This document shows, piece by piece, positions 12,170 to 23,267 of a stretch of DNA of 64,000 bases. Origin of the DNA: Octopus sinensis (lineage: Eukaryota). Positions within the stretch are counted from its first letter, which is position 1; each line of letters starts with the position of its first letter. Location: contig NC_043008.1 of the NCBI RefSeq assembly GCF_006345805.1, positions 3,472,001 through 3,536,000 of the forward strand. The letters run 5' to 3'. Both the position numbers and the translations under genes were made by a program. The notes under the pieces were generated by a model. The model was not told the origin of the DNA. It made no database searches and saw only the letters and a program-made list of their open reading frames with translations.

Positions 12170-12620
12170 ATTCAAGTTAATTTAAATGAATTTACTTGAA
12201 TATGGTACCTAACTTAGATGCACCAAAAAAAACTATACTGTTTTAAAACAATACAGTAATGTGGGGTGATTATAAGCGAGAAAAGAAGCACAAGAATGGA
12301 TAGGTTTTTAGTACAATCGTTTCATACAAGGACAGGCTTTATTAAAAGTTGTAAAAATTACAGCATATAAACGTGTCCCGTACTCATCAGCTAATACATG
12401 TAAGTTCTCTAGACATCCTAGTGGTTGAGGCTATACTCATGAAGTAATGTAGATAATTAAGTAACATAAACAGATTTCCAAAGTTCATTAAAGTTCTTTA
12501 AAGATGATGTACAGTCTTATCACAGAATTTTAAAAAAGTTCTAATAGCATCACAGAGAAGGTGACCTAATCCATAGAGCACATATGAATTTCCAGAGATA
12601 TGATGAGGGATTACATACTC
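12170..12620 (-). mobile_element. hammerhead-bearing repeat fragment (second family)
   Basis: Non-coding, abuts (TA)n at 12123-12155, contains motif 12308-12394; outer boundary approximate. Confidence 0.5.
12308..12394 (-). ncRNA. type I hammerhead ribozyme with extended stem II
   Basis: ttag CTGATGA gtac gggaca..(long loop)..tgtcc tt gtat GAAA cg at tg TA ctaa: canonical core, stem I ttag/ctaa, ~10-bp stem II, stem III A-U/C-G/G-U, GUA site. Confidence 0.7.
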
Positions 12621-13149
12621 ACAGAAGACAAATTTATCCAAATTTATCGTATATATTTTTATTAATGCACCCATCTTTTAAAAGCAATGTTTTTTTAAAA
12701 AAAGCAATGTTGTCAAATTTAGAATGTTTATATAAGTTTGTGTATAGCAAAGCATATGTATTTGTAAGCATGCGTATCTGTGTATGTGTAAGTGAAAGTA
12801 TGCTTGTGCTTAAGCACGCATACACACGACGGTATGTATATGTATCAATTCAAACTTGTGTATGTATACTGGCCTCTATAGATGCCAATAATATCGCTAC
12901 AAGTTTTTTCCCCACCCCTCCTTCGTTCCTTTTTCTCTCTTCCTTTCTTTCGTTCCCCCTCTCCCCTCCTTGCTCAGTATATGAGAATTGCTACATAGAT
13001 GAATTTTAGCTTGCGTGCGAGACGGTTTGCGCGTGAATATATGTACACATGCTTTTATGTGTATAATTTAGATTCATATTCATACGTCTGTATATGTATG
13101 TATGGCGTTTACAGCGCATCCTTTTGTGTATGTTGATATATATATGTGG

Positions 13150-13580
13150 ATTTTAATATAAATATGTATTGCAGTATTATAACAGGTTTAATTTCTATGC
13201 ATTAATTTGTACTGTCTTCATTAACGGCAATATGTTTTTTCCTCGGTTTTTTCCTCGGATTTTATAATTTTTATAAGTTTTTTATATATATATACATATA
13301 TTTTTGACCTTTTTGTTTATCGCTCGAAGATTGACCGTTTTTTCTAAAGGGCCAATCAAACAAGTCCATTTCTTTTTAAGGTGTAGCGTTTGTAAGAGTA
13401 TAGATTGAATTAATATATATGTTCCATTCTAGCAAAAACTGTCTGATGAACGGCAACGAGAAACTCAGAGTAACAGATTTTGTTGAATTTTCTGCTGCTT
13501 AAAATAAAGCATATTACTCTACCACTGGTATTTGAGTACTCTTTTTTCCACCTTGTTTCACATTTATGTGTTTACTCCGG
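13150..13580 (+). mobile_element. hammerhead-bearing repeat fragment (third family)
   Basis: Contains motif 13435-13481 followed by aataaagc and ends at a long (TA)n; left boundary approximate. Confidence 0.55.
13435..13481 (+). ncRNA. type I hammerhead motif
   Basis: aaaa ctgt CTGATGA a CG gcaa CG a GAAA CTC a GAG TA acag a tttt: canonical core, stem I ctgt/acag plus aaaa/tttt, GNRA-capped stem II with an A-A mismatch at 10.1/11.1, near-palindromic ACTC-A-GAGT stem III, GUA site. Confidence 0.65.
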
Positions 13581-13594
13581 TATATATATATAGA

Positions 13595-13637
<43 letters not shown>

Positions 13638-13718
13638 ATATGTATGTATGTATATATCTATATATGCATATAAATATATGTATGTATATATCTATATCTA
13701 TATATATATATATGTATG

Positions 13719-13749
<31 letters not shown>

Positions 13750-13806
13750 ATATCTATATATGCATATAAATATATGTATGTATATATCTATATCTATATA
13801 TATATG

Positions 13807-13853
<47 letters not shown>

Positions 13854-13922
13854 ATATCTATATATGCATATAAATATATGTATGTATATATCTATATCTA
13901 TATATATATATATGTATGTATA

Positions 13923-13997
<75 letters not shown>

Positions 13998-14020
13998 ATG
14001 TGTATGTATGTATGCATATA
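13580..14020. repeat. (TA)n-based array with ~100 bp higher-order repeat
   Basis: Marker gcatataaa recurs at 13666, 13762, 13866. Confidence 0.9.
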
Positions 14021-14177
14021 TAGGACGGGCTACTTTCAGTGTCCGTCTACCAAATCCACTGACAAAGTCACGGTCGGTCTTGAGTAAAAGGCACTCAGCC
14101 CAAGGTTGTAGGCAGTGGGACTAAACTACGAACGATGTGGATGGGAAGCAAGCTTCTTACCACGCAGTCACGCCTGT
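14021..14177 (-). mobile_element. SINE family B 5' half
   Basis: gacgggctactttcagtgtccgtctaccaaatccact..cccaagg..gcagtgggact matches 41836-41998. Confidence 0.8.
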
Positions 14178-14664
14178 GGAAGATTTCTACTTTTAGAAGA
14201 AAACTCTAAAAGTAGAAACCATGAACACGACAAGATAAAGGTGATAATTATTTAAGAATATAATTATTTAAGACTATAATTCTATAGAATATGTTGTTGT
14301 TGACCACAGAAAGTGTATTTCAAGGATGAAAGTGAACGCTGAAATGGAAACCAGAGGCTCGCCATCACAGAGTAGTTAATGAAAAGAAACACGAACGTCG
14401 ATATCACAAGATTAAACAGAATAATATGTGAAGTAGCTTCGATAACTGACTTATTATTCCGTACGAAAGAAACTGGTTGCCTCAACAGATCTTCTCATAC
14501 GGGAATATCAAAAGTGAATTAAACATAAGTAACAAATATACAAGATTGAATATAAAAGGAGAGTTGTTTCAATTGTTCATAATTAACAAAAAGACACTGG
14601 AACTATGCGATGTTTAATATCAGGTCATTACGTTCGGTGTTTAATCTCACCCAGGTCAATTTTG

Positions 14665-14900
14665 TAGACGCAGGCAAGTCTATGAGTTTCAGGAAGTTTG
14701 CTTCGTAAGACTGTACCTTTGGGGTTCAATTCCACTGCGAGGCTATTTGAGTAGGTGTCTTTTGCGGTCCGACAAAAGTCTTGTGAATGAATTTGAGAGA
14801 ATGAAGGAGTGTGCAAACCCATTGCGTGTGTATTTATGTGTATGTGCGCGTGTGTATGTTTCTATATGTATATATCTATATATATGTATGTCTGCACCAT
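14665..14900 (+). mobile_element. old SINE family B copy
   Basis: ggggttcaattccactgcg..ccgacaaaagtcttgtgaatgaatttg followed by the internal GT tract. Confidence 0.6.
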
Positions 14901-15098
14901 GTGAGTCGACCTTTGTTTCTTTGCATCAGCATCCAAATCTTGAAAACTGGCTTTGATCTGTTTGCGTTCTCATCACTTGAATTCAGCAAAAGCAGAGATT
15001 TACTGTTGCAATGAACCAGACGCTTCACGTTGCACCCAAACGACATGTTCACGATCCACACCGTAATCCTTTCTACAAAAAGCACAAGGGCTGAAATT

Positions 15099-15206
15099 TT
15101 GGAAGAGTGGAATGGTCGATTACATCGACTCGTCCCCAACTGGTACGTATTTTATCGACCCCAGTAGGAAGAATAGCAAAGTCAACCTCAGCGGAATTTG
15201 AACTCG
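15099..15206 (-). mobile_element. SINE family A fragment
   Basis: ggtcgattacatcgactc..aactggtac..gtcaacctcagcggaatttgaactc. Confidence 0.75.
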
Positions 15207-15251
15207 CACACACAAGCACAAATATATATTTATACACACACACACACACAC

Positions 15252-15292
<41 letters not shown>

Positions 15293-15301
15293 TATATATA
15301 T

Positions 15302-15343
<42 letters not shown>

Positions 15344-15726
15344 ATATATAAGCGTACGTCCTTAAAATATCTTGAAACTCGAGTGACGAGGAATCCTGCA
15401 AGGGAAATATCAATAATCCTAAGGTCTGATAAAATATGCATAACAGCAATCGATTATGCAGTGATATTGATTTCTAACTCAGGAACAATGCCAGAAATTT
15501 GAAGAGAAAGGAAGTGTACATTGGATGTGATTCTTGCCCACACCATATATTAACCATTCCGGCCCCAAAGATTGACTGCTTTTATTTTATTGACACCAGA
15601 ATAATAGAAGTGGATAAATCATCAAGATAGGATTGAAACCCTGAACAGGAAAATAGAAATTAACAATAATTTCTGACTTAGATACGTGTTTAGCAATTTC
15701 GAGGAGAGGGAGTTCGTTAACACCTT

Positions 15727-15965
15727 AAACCCAGTACTTGAACTTTATTTTATTGACCCACGTAGGATGAAATGTAAACTTGACTTCGGCGGTATTTGAA
15801 CTCAGAATAGGAAGAAGCCCTGAAATTTCGGCGGTGGACGCTAATCGGTTACAGTGCTCAAACGGTATTTGTTTTATTAACGTCGATAGAATGACCATAT
15901 CGACTTCAGTGGAATTTGAACTCAAAAGGTTATGATAGACGAAACCCCGTTGAGCACTTTGTGTC
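15727..15965 (-). mobile_element. two tandem degenerate SINE family A fragments
   Basis: Two occurrences of gactt(c)..g(g/t)atttgaactca at 15783-15806 and 15902-15925. Confidence 0.55.
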
Positions 15966-16044
15966 GCATGCTAACCTTTCTGCTACTTTATGGAAGAAGA
16001 AATAACATCTGCGTAAGTGCAAGTCCATTCGAAATTGGAAGAGG

Positions 16045-16190
16045 GTGGCCTAGTAGAAAGAGCGACGAGCGCACGATCCTAAAGCCGTGGGTCCCATTTG
16101 CTGATTGAGTGATAGGTTGTGCCCTACATAAAAGGGGACATTTCACGCAGCTCTATTTTGCTCAGCTGAATAATGAGTTCTGTCAGCTGG
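16045..16190 (+). mobile_element. old tRNA-derived SINE head (further family)
   Basis: A-box-like tggcctagtag, degenerate B box, then gttgtgcc..atttcacg..ctcagctg. Confidence 0.45.
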
Positions 16191-16975
16191 AGCTTAACCT
16201 TGCAACGGATTATCGACCTGGATAGAGAGCCAAAAACTGAATAATCTCCGACTCGAGACTGCCTTTCACTAATTTTACAGAGAAAAATAGTAACTAAATA
16301 CAACAAACAATTCTCTCCTGCGCACAACCGATTCTGCCAATATATCTCACCCTTGATAATCATAAAACAAAAAAAAAGCAAGGCAGTATGAGGTGATCAA
16401 TATGGCTCTTATCAAATAGCGAATATAATCATCAGTTTTAGCATCAACTTTGGACCTACGAACTGCACATCAATAAACAAGACAATAAACAGAGAAACCT
16501 TTGGCAAAAGATTAAAGAACAAATTCATCGAAGTAGTAACATTAATGAAGGCAGCAAAATAACAGATTTGTTGAATAAAATGGCTGACGGTATTAGTTCC
16601 GGTTCCCTGCGCTTTGAGGTCAGACCTACCCAACGTTATGGTTGCCTTTTTTTTTACTTTCCGGAGAACGTGTCAATGAATAAAATGTCAATCAAAATCT
16701 GGGGTCAGTTCTTTGTTTCCCGTCAGCCGTTTCTGTTATGCTGCATGATATCTAATGAGAGATAACACACACACACACACACACACATTCTTTTCTCCGG
16801 TGATGATGAGGGCAAGAGTAAGAGGCTCACAACCTCTTCTCGAGGGGAAACTGACACGATCTTGATACCCTTCCTGGGGACCTCGATGTGCAAAAGAGTG
16901 AGAGAAATAAAGAAACGTAAGGGTGATAGATTATACAAATTGCTTACCTCTATAATCTACTGTTAAACACGAAGA

Positions 16976-17017
<42 letters not shown>

Positions 17018-17065
17018 TATAAATATATATATATATATATATATAATATATATATATATATTTAT

Positions 17066-17230
17066 ACATGATTGACCGCTAGCCACTAAAGCATTTTTAT
17101 TCTCTCGTTTTCCCTTCTGAAGAGCGTAGGCTCGAAACGTAAAAGACTTTCTCAATTCTCGAGCGTTACGCTAATACATCTGTTTGTTGTATACACATCT
17201 GTCTTCGTCTTTTGTTTTTTTTTGGGGGGG
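17066..17230 (+). mobile_element. hammerhead-like repeat, left arm of an inverted pair
   Basis: ccctt CTGA-AGAGC gtag GCTC GAAA CGT A aaag at 17113-17145 (core about 3 nt short); inverted copy at 17281-17468. Confidence 0.7.
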
Positions 17231-17280
17231 GAGTTCCAACTGTATATATGCTTATATATATATATATATATATATATATA

Positions 17281-17468
17281 GGAAGAATTCACAAAAGAAC
17301 AAGAGACGAAGACAGGTGTTGTAGACAACAAACAGATGTATTAGTATAACACTCTGGAACTGAAAAACTCTTTAAAGTTTCGAGCCTACGCTCTTCCACA
17401 GAAAGGAACACAGAGAGAAACAATGAGAGAAAATAAAGAATGTGTAGTGGTTAGTGATATATCATGAT
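17281..17468 (-). mobile_element. hammerhead-like repeat, right arm of an inverted pair
   Basis: Minus strand cttt CTGTGGA a GAGC gtag GCTC GAAA CTT T aaag at 17370-17405; shares ctaatacatctgtttgttg..ctgtcttcgtc with the left arm. Confidence 0.7.
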
Positions 17469-17602
17469 ACATATATAGATTTGTACATGTATATATATAC
17501 ATATATATATATATTATATATATATATACATATATATATACATAAATATATATATATACATACATATATATACATATATATATGTGTATATATATAAATA
17601 TA

Positions 17603-17657
<55 letters not shown>

Positions 17658-17822
17658 ATATGTATATATATGCATATATATGTATACATATATGTATATA
17701 TATATACACACACACACACACATATATATATATAATAACAATTTAATAAATAAAACATATACATACATACATATATGTACATACCTACATCTATATGTAT
17801 ATATACATGCATATATATATAT
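17469..17822. repeat. (TA/CA)n compound microsatellite
   Basis: Directly visible. Confidence 0.95.
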
Positions 17823-18320
17823 GAGTACAGGACACCACAAATAAACGTACAACACAACGAGAAACGAAAACATAAAATCAAACAAGGAAACGGACTTTTT
17901 TAACAACGAAAAAACAGAGTACAAGACAAACAATACAAGGAATATTCCCCTTCTTCAGCAGCCCCTGTTTCGACTCAATGCTTGTTTCGAAGGTAAGGGA
18001 AGAACACGATCCGGTCGAAGCAGTCCTTCCTGCAAAAGGAATTAAATAAAATTCTTTTGCAGAGGGGTAAAAAAAGTGACAAGAACAGGACGTAAAAGCA
18101 ATACAAACGAAGAAAAAACAGTACACATAAAGAATAAAAACAGGACAAGGAAACCAACAATAAGGGCTTTTTTTTTAAGCCTAGATGGTGGAAAAATTCG
18201 TTGGAACGCATTCTGAAGATCGGCTTGCGGAAGACAGGAGAAAGTCGATGTTGACTTGTTGAAAGCAGCGGGCAGAAAGAAAGTTTAGTAGTCCGGTCAG
18301 CGGCCAGAGAGAGGAGGAGT
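17823..18320 (-). repeat. unclassified structured repeat-like insert between microsatellites
   Basis: Purine/pyrimidine-skewed, several hairpins (gcaaaag..cttttgc), bounded by (TA)n and (GA)n; single copy in the window. Confidence 0.35.
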
Positions 18321-18524
18321 GAGAGAGAGAGAGAGAGAGAGACATATATGTACATATACATATGCATATATATACATATATATATACATAAATATACATA
18401 TATATATTAGAAGGTCTGGAGGTGATTTGCAGGTATTATATATTAGAAGAAATAAGGTACTCAGAAATCTGGATGGTTTTACATTCACAGATTTACGAGG
18501 TATAGTATGTGAAAATTAGATGCA

Positions 18525-18604
18525 CGGAAGAATGGATGGATGGATGGATGGATGGATGATGGATGGATGGATGGATGGATGGATGGACGGACGGACGGAC
18601 GGAC
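18525..18604. repeat. (GATG)n grading into (GACG)n
   Basis: Directly visible. Confidence 0.95.
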
Positions 18605-18613
18605 ATACATATA

Positions 18614-18828
18614 CGGGGTGGGGTGAAACGTTTCTGGCTTTGGATAAAAGAAAATACAGGAGGATCAGTTAATTTTCATTATATTCAGTATATTCCCATC
18701 TTAGATTCACCCATGTATTGCAGCGATCCTTCGGGTATTCTAAGCCCTGTAAAATAACATGGAGGTAGGGCCCCCAATCAGGCCTTCCACGATACTTTGA
18801 ACGCCAGGAACTTTTCAGCACCTCCTCG
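18614..18828. mobile_element. mariner-derived MITE
   Basis: TA|cggggtggggtgaaacgtttctggctt ... revcomp TA|cgaggaggtgctgaaaagttcctggcgtt; TA on both sides. Confidence 0.75.
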
Positions 18829-19149
18829 TATATGCCTCTGTGAGTATGTGTGAGTGGGAGTTTGTGTGTGGGGGTGTTTGTGTGTGTGTGTGTGTGTGTC
18901 TGTGTCTGTGTGTGTGACTGGGTGTATGTATATATATATATCGTTGATGTCATAAGAATTTTATAAACATTCCAGAGAATACAATAATCTTTTCTTATAC
19001 AGTGGATCTCGAAGCACAGACAAAGCTATAAATAATAACATTTAAATATTGGGATGAAAATGCCTTTTGGGTCAGAAAAAATAGAATGGTTTATATGTGC
19101 TTTGCGATTCACTATTCCAAAAAGTATGATGTGTATCTATGTATGTATA

Positions 19150-19260
19150 CATACATGTCTGTCTGTCTGTCTGTCTGTCTGTATGTATGTATGCATGTAT
19201 GTATGTATGTATGTATGTATGTATGTATGTATGTATGTATGTATGTATGTATGTATGTAT
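19150..19260. repeat. (TGTC)n/(TATG)n
   Basis: Directly visible. Confidence 0.95.
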
Positions 19261-19869
19261 TTACCTTGACAATTAACGAAGCTAATTAGTGTACCTGTAT
19301 GTTGTTTGCCCAACTGATTTAAGTGATGTACAAAAAGCCTGAAATCATGACCTCACAACAAAAAAACTCGTAGGATAATGAGGCCCAGATTAACATATGG
19401 TAAGAGAAACCGACTGGGTGGTCATTGCTAGAGCATCTTTGAACATATGTCTGCTAGATGAAGACACTCGTCTTAAAAGATACGTAATGATAAAAAAACA
19501 ACAATAGTAGTAACAGCAACAATTCAGAAGAATTGCTTGAAAGCGAATGACCCCTGGCTTTAGATACGAAGGAAGGATGAACATTGAGAATACTGATGTG
19601 AGATTGTGCTGAATATGTGATGATTAAAATCGTAGTGACGACCAAGTAGATGCGGTTAGGTTCGTGTTGAAGCGCTCAAGAAGTTGTATGTTCTTTGTAC
19701 TTTGATCAAAGGCAACGGTGCGTGTAATGAGGAAATAGCTGTAACATTAAACTCGATGTAAGCGACTAAGCAGATTTACCTTAATTAAAAAGCTGGCGGA
19801 GTCGATACTAACGTGTTGTTGGTTATAATGAGCTGGGTTCAAACGACAGAACGTACAAATTGATTGTAT

Positions 19870-20326
19870 GTTTATAACATACACACAAACACACACACAA
19901 ACACACACACACACACACACACACCACACTCATGCATATATATGCAGTCAATTGTATATGCGTGCATGGCTTTGTGTGTGCGTGTCTATATATATCTACA
20001 AATATGAAAACATATGTGTATATATACATACATGTATAAATATGTTTATATATATATATATATATAAACATATATATACATGTACATATATACATATACA
20101 TACATGTACATATATATATATATATATATACACACATAGATATATGTGTATTTATATGTATACATATATGTGTGTGTACACACATATGTGTGTGTACACA
20201 CATATGTGTGTGTATGTCTGTAAGTGTAAGTATGAGTGTATACATACATATATATATATATATGTATGTATACATACATATTTGTAAGTATGTCTCTTTC
20301 TTTTCTTATCTTACCGTTTTTACCAG

Positions 20327-20374
<48 letters not shown>

Positions 20375-20395
20375 TACATATATATACACACACAC
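19870..20395. repeat. CA/TA compound microsatellite
   Basis: Directly visible. Confidence 0.9.
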
Positions 20396-20667
20396 AAGTG
20401 AGTGAATGTCATTGTGTATGCCTGTGCGGTAAAAAGTGTTAGAGAGTACTTGTATTTGCCTGTTGCAGAGCAAGTTGTTACAGCACGTGTAAATAAATCT
20501 ACACTTGACATTTCATGTACCTTATTACAAAGGAAGAAAAAAAACATTATTACAAAACTCTTAATGAAGATTTGCTGTATCCTCAATCAAACTAAACACG
20601 CACACTATCATCTACGTTGCTGCTAGTGATAGAGGATATGTGTACTGTATATGTTGTGTACTTGAAT

Positions 20668-20765
20668 GGCGTAGGCATGGCAGTGTGGTTAGGTAGATCG
20701 CTTTCCAACGAGATGATCTCTGGTTCTATTCTACTGTCCGTCCCTTTCACTAAGACTCTTCTACT
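20668..20765 (+). mobile_element. degenerate SINE family B head
   Basis: ggcgtaggcatggcagtgtggttagg..ggttctattctactg..tcttctact. Confidence 0.5.
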
Positions 20766-21101
20766 GAAGGGTAATAGTTAGGTTCTGTGGATGTTGGCGA
20801 TTTAATGCAAACAATTGGTCTACATGGAATTCCTAGATTTCGACATGTTCAGTTGTTGTGAAGACACTCAAAGTTATGCTAGATTTCAGACTATTTTCCT
20901 TTGTCAATGGCTGAAAGTGTTGTCTGTCGTCGACACCATTATGTCCTTCCTTGAACTCACTTTATATGTCACTTTATAATGTGGACCTATTAGGAGCTTA
21001 TAACAACACAAATATAAATCAGAAACAACACCTAACAAATAATATCTCTTCTCAACGACTTCTATGAATTTCTTCACGAAACACCTGCCCAAAACACACT
21101 G

Positions 21102-22130
21102 TATTTCTTTATTGGCCACACAGGGCCTGACATAGAGGGGACAAACAAGGACAGACAAAACACAAAAGTGGGGAAAATTAAAATCGAATGAAAAGAATGG
21201 TGATGGTAAATGAATAGGTGGAACGACGTTAACTCGAACCCCACCCTGCAGATAACGTCATTGAATATTTTACAAAGAGTTTTTAAACAGTTATTTTATT
21301 TTTGTCTCTTTGTCTCTGCTGTTTGTTGCTTGTGTTATATATTCTGTGTTCTTTTGTGGGGTTTTTTTGCTATTTTTTTTCCTTTTTGCTGTTTGTAATG
21401 TCTTTTATCTGCGTTCGTATCTGTTCTGGTGAATTCGTTATAAAAGTTTTTTGCGTTTGTTGGAGGGAGAGAACGAGAAATTATTTTTTCTTCCTCTTCC
21501 TCCCTGCAACTGACCATTCTACCTCACTTACCTCGATAGATGTGGACGGTCCAGCTTCCTCCGGCGCGCAATTCGCCTTCTCCACTGTATTCTACGCCTC
21601 TTCCTGTTTCTCCTCCTCCTCACTTAGTGCTGCCTCGTTAGGCTTCTCTTGTTCCATTTGTTCATCCTGTTTTTTGTTTTTTTTCTTGTGCTTCAGGTTG
21701 TAGGGTCTTCGCGAACGTTTTCCTTGTGAGCCCCTTCAGTCCGCAATCGAAACATCTTGGTGTTCTGCCCAGGAGCGAGACTCTCAGTTTTGTCACATCC
21801 GGCAGAATAATAAATTCTGGAATTTGCTCCAGTCCCGCTGACAGACAGACAGACAGATAATATTTGCGCACCATGTTTGTTACTCTGATGGATAATATTC
21901 ATATGGCAAAATTGTCTTCGTGGTCATTTATACAGCTACCATATTTTTCGATATTCTTGTCTGAAATTATTTTTGTGAGGTAAAATACAGCAAATTCCCA
22001 CCATTTTTTTTTTTTTATTAAGGCGTCATTTCAAATTTCGGTCCGATTTATGGATGCCATGTGTGACACGTTTGGTCTCCTTAGCCTCTTAGGCGAGTTG
22101 CTGTTTGTAAGACTTCATTATTTCACCAGA
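21102..22130 (-). mobile_element. LINE remnant (ORF1 with decayed CCHC knuckle) ending in the SINE-A type 1 tail
   Basis: Minus strand: LEQIPEFIILPDVTKLRVSLLGRTPRCFDCGLKGL (C-x2-C-x4-H knuckle with His lost), an acidic stretch and EWSVAGRKRKKK; 21102-21155 equals the SINE-A tail. Confidence 0.6.
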
Positions 22131-22870
22131 ATAATTACATTCTTTAAATTTGTATTAATTTAAGTACTCGTTATCATCCCCATTTGCAATTTTAGCAAAA
22201 CATCTTCCGCTCCCGGATACCTGGCAGGCAAGAAAAACATGTTCAAATTGCTAGAAGTGTAAAATCCAAGCAGAGTAAACAGTGAAAAAAGCTGGAACTT
22301 TTCACAAAATGGAATAAAAGTGCAACAGTAAAATGCGTGTGCAATAACTTGTTGAATCCGGCACCATACTTTTTTTTTAATATGTTCATTTAAATAATGC
22401 CTGATTAAGCGTTTTAACGTAACACACGGTAAAGGTGTCAAGATTTCTGATGATATCAATACTGGAAAAGAAAGGATTATTTTTTTACATCGAACGTTAT
22501 TTAGATAAGTGTGACTCTTAGCAGAATTAGTTATACAAATTGAAAATAAGACAGAATTTTACAGCACGAGATATTGGTGGGCGAATACAAGTGCAACAGA
22601 AATTTAATCTTTTATCTCGTAAATATTTCAGTATCTGGTGTGCAACTATCCGAGGTCTCACCTAGTACTCATTCTATCGAAATTTTTTACCGAACCGCTA
22701 TGTTACGGAGACCTAAATGTATCTCTTTAATCCAACCATGTGATCAGGAAATTAACCTCCATCTCCTGCAAATACGAATACATGTCTCACTCCACACATC
22801 AATTGGCTGCTTTTATTAAACAGAAATCAATCACCAAGTATACGACAGATTTTAATATATCCGTTTCAAA

Positions 22871-22970
22871 TTAAGGTAGCGATCAGGCAGAGTCGCTAGC
22901 AAGCCGGACAAAGTGCTTAGCAGCAGTTCGTCCGCCTTAACGCATTGAGTTCAAATTCCACCGAGGTTCA
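22871..22970 (+). mobile_element. SINE family A head fragment
   Basis: taaggtagcgatcaggcagagtcgctagc..gagttcaaattccaccgagg. Confidence 0.7.
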
Positions 22971-23267
22971 GAAATGACGAGGAGGGTGGATTAGGTGTTC
23001 CATGTGCAGGACAAGAAGCAGTGAAGAAGATTTTATAGAAGCGACAGAAAAAAAGAAACGCCCTAATGACTGTTTTTGTTGCCCTTGTTGCTTACTACCA
23101 ACTCTGCTTTTCTTGACCTAGAGCTAACCTATGATTAAATGCTTTCCGTCCGTAACCATTCATAGATGACTTACTCGACAGGGTACGTAGCTTTGAGATC
23201 AGGAAGTCTCTCCAATCAGAACTACCTCTCCGCATTTAGAGGTCACAGTTCTTGATACTATTAGAAT

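Noticed and set aside
16045-16130. tRNA gene
   Set aside because: Only A/B-box-like remnants with no cloverleaf; it is a SINE head, as are all tRNA-like sequences in this window.
16790-16925. GATGATGA...GAAAC and GAAACGTA-aggg motifs
   Set aside because: The left core is non-canonical and the stems do not close consistently.
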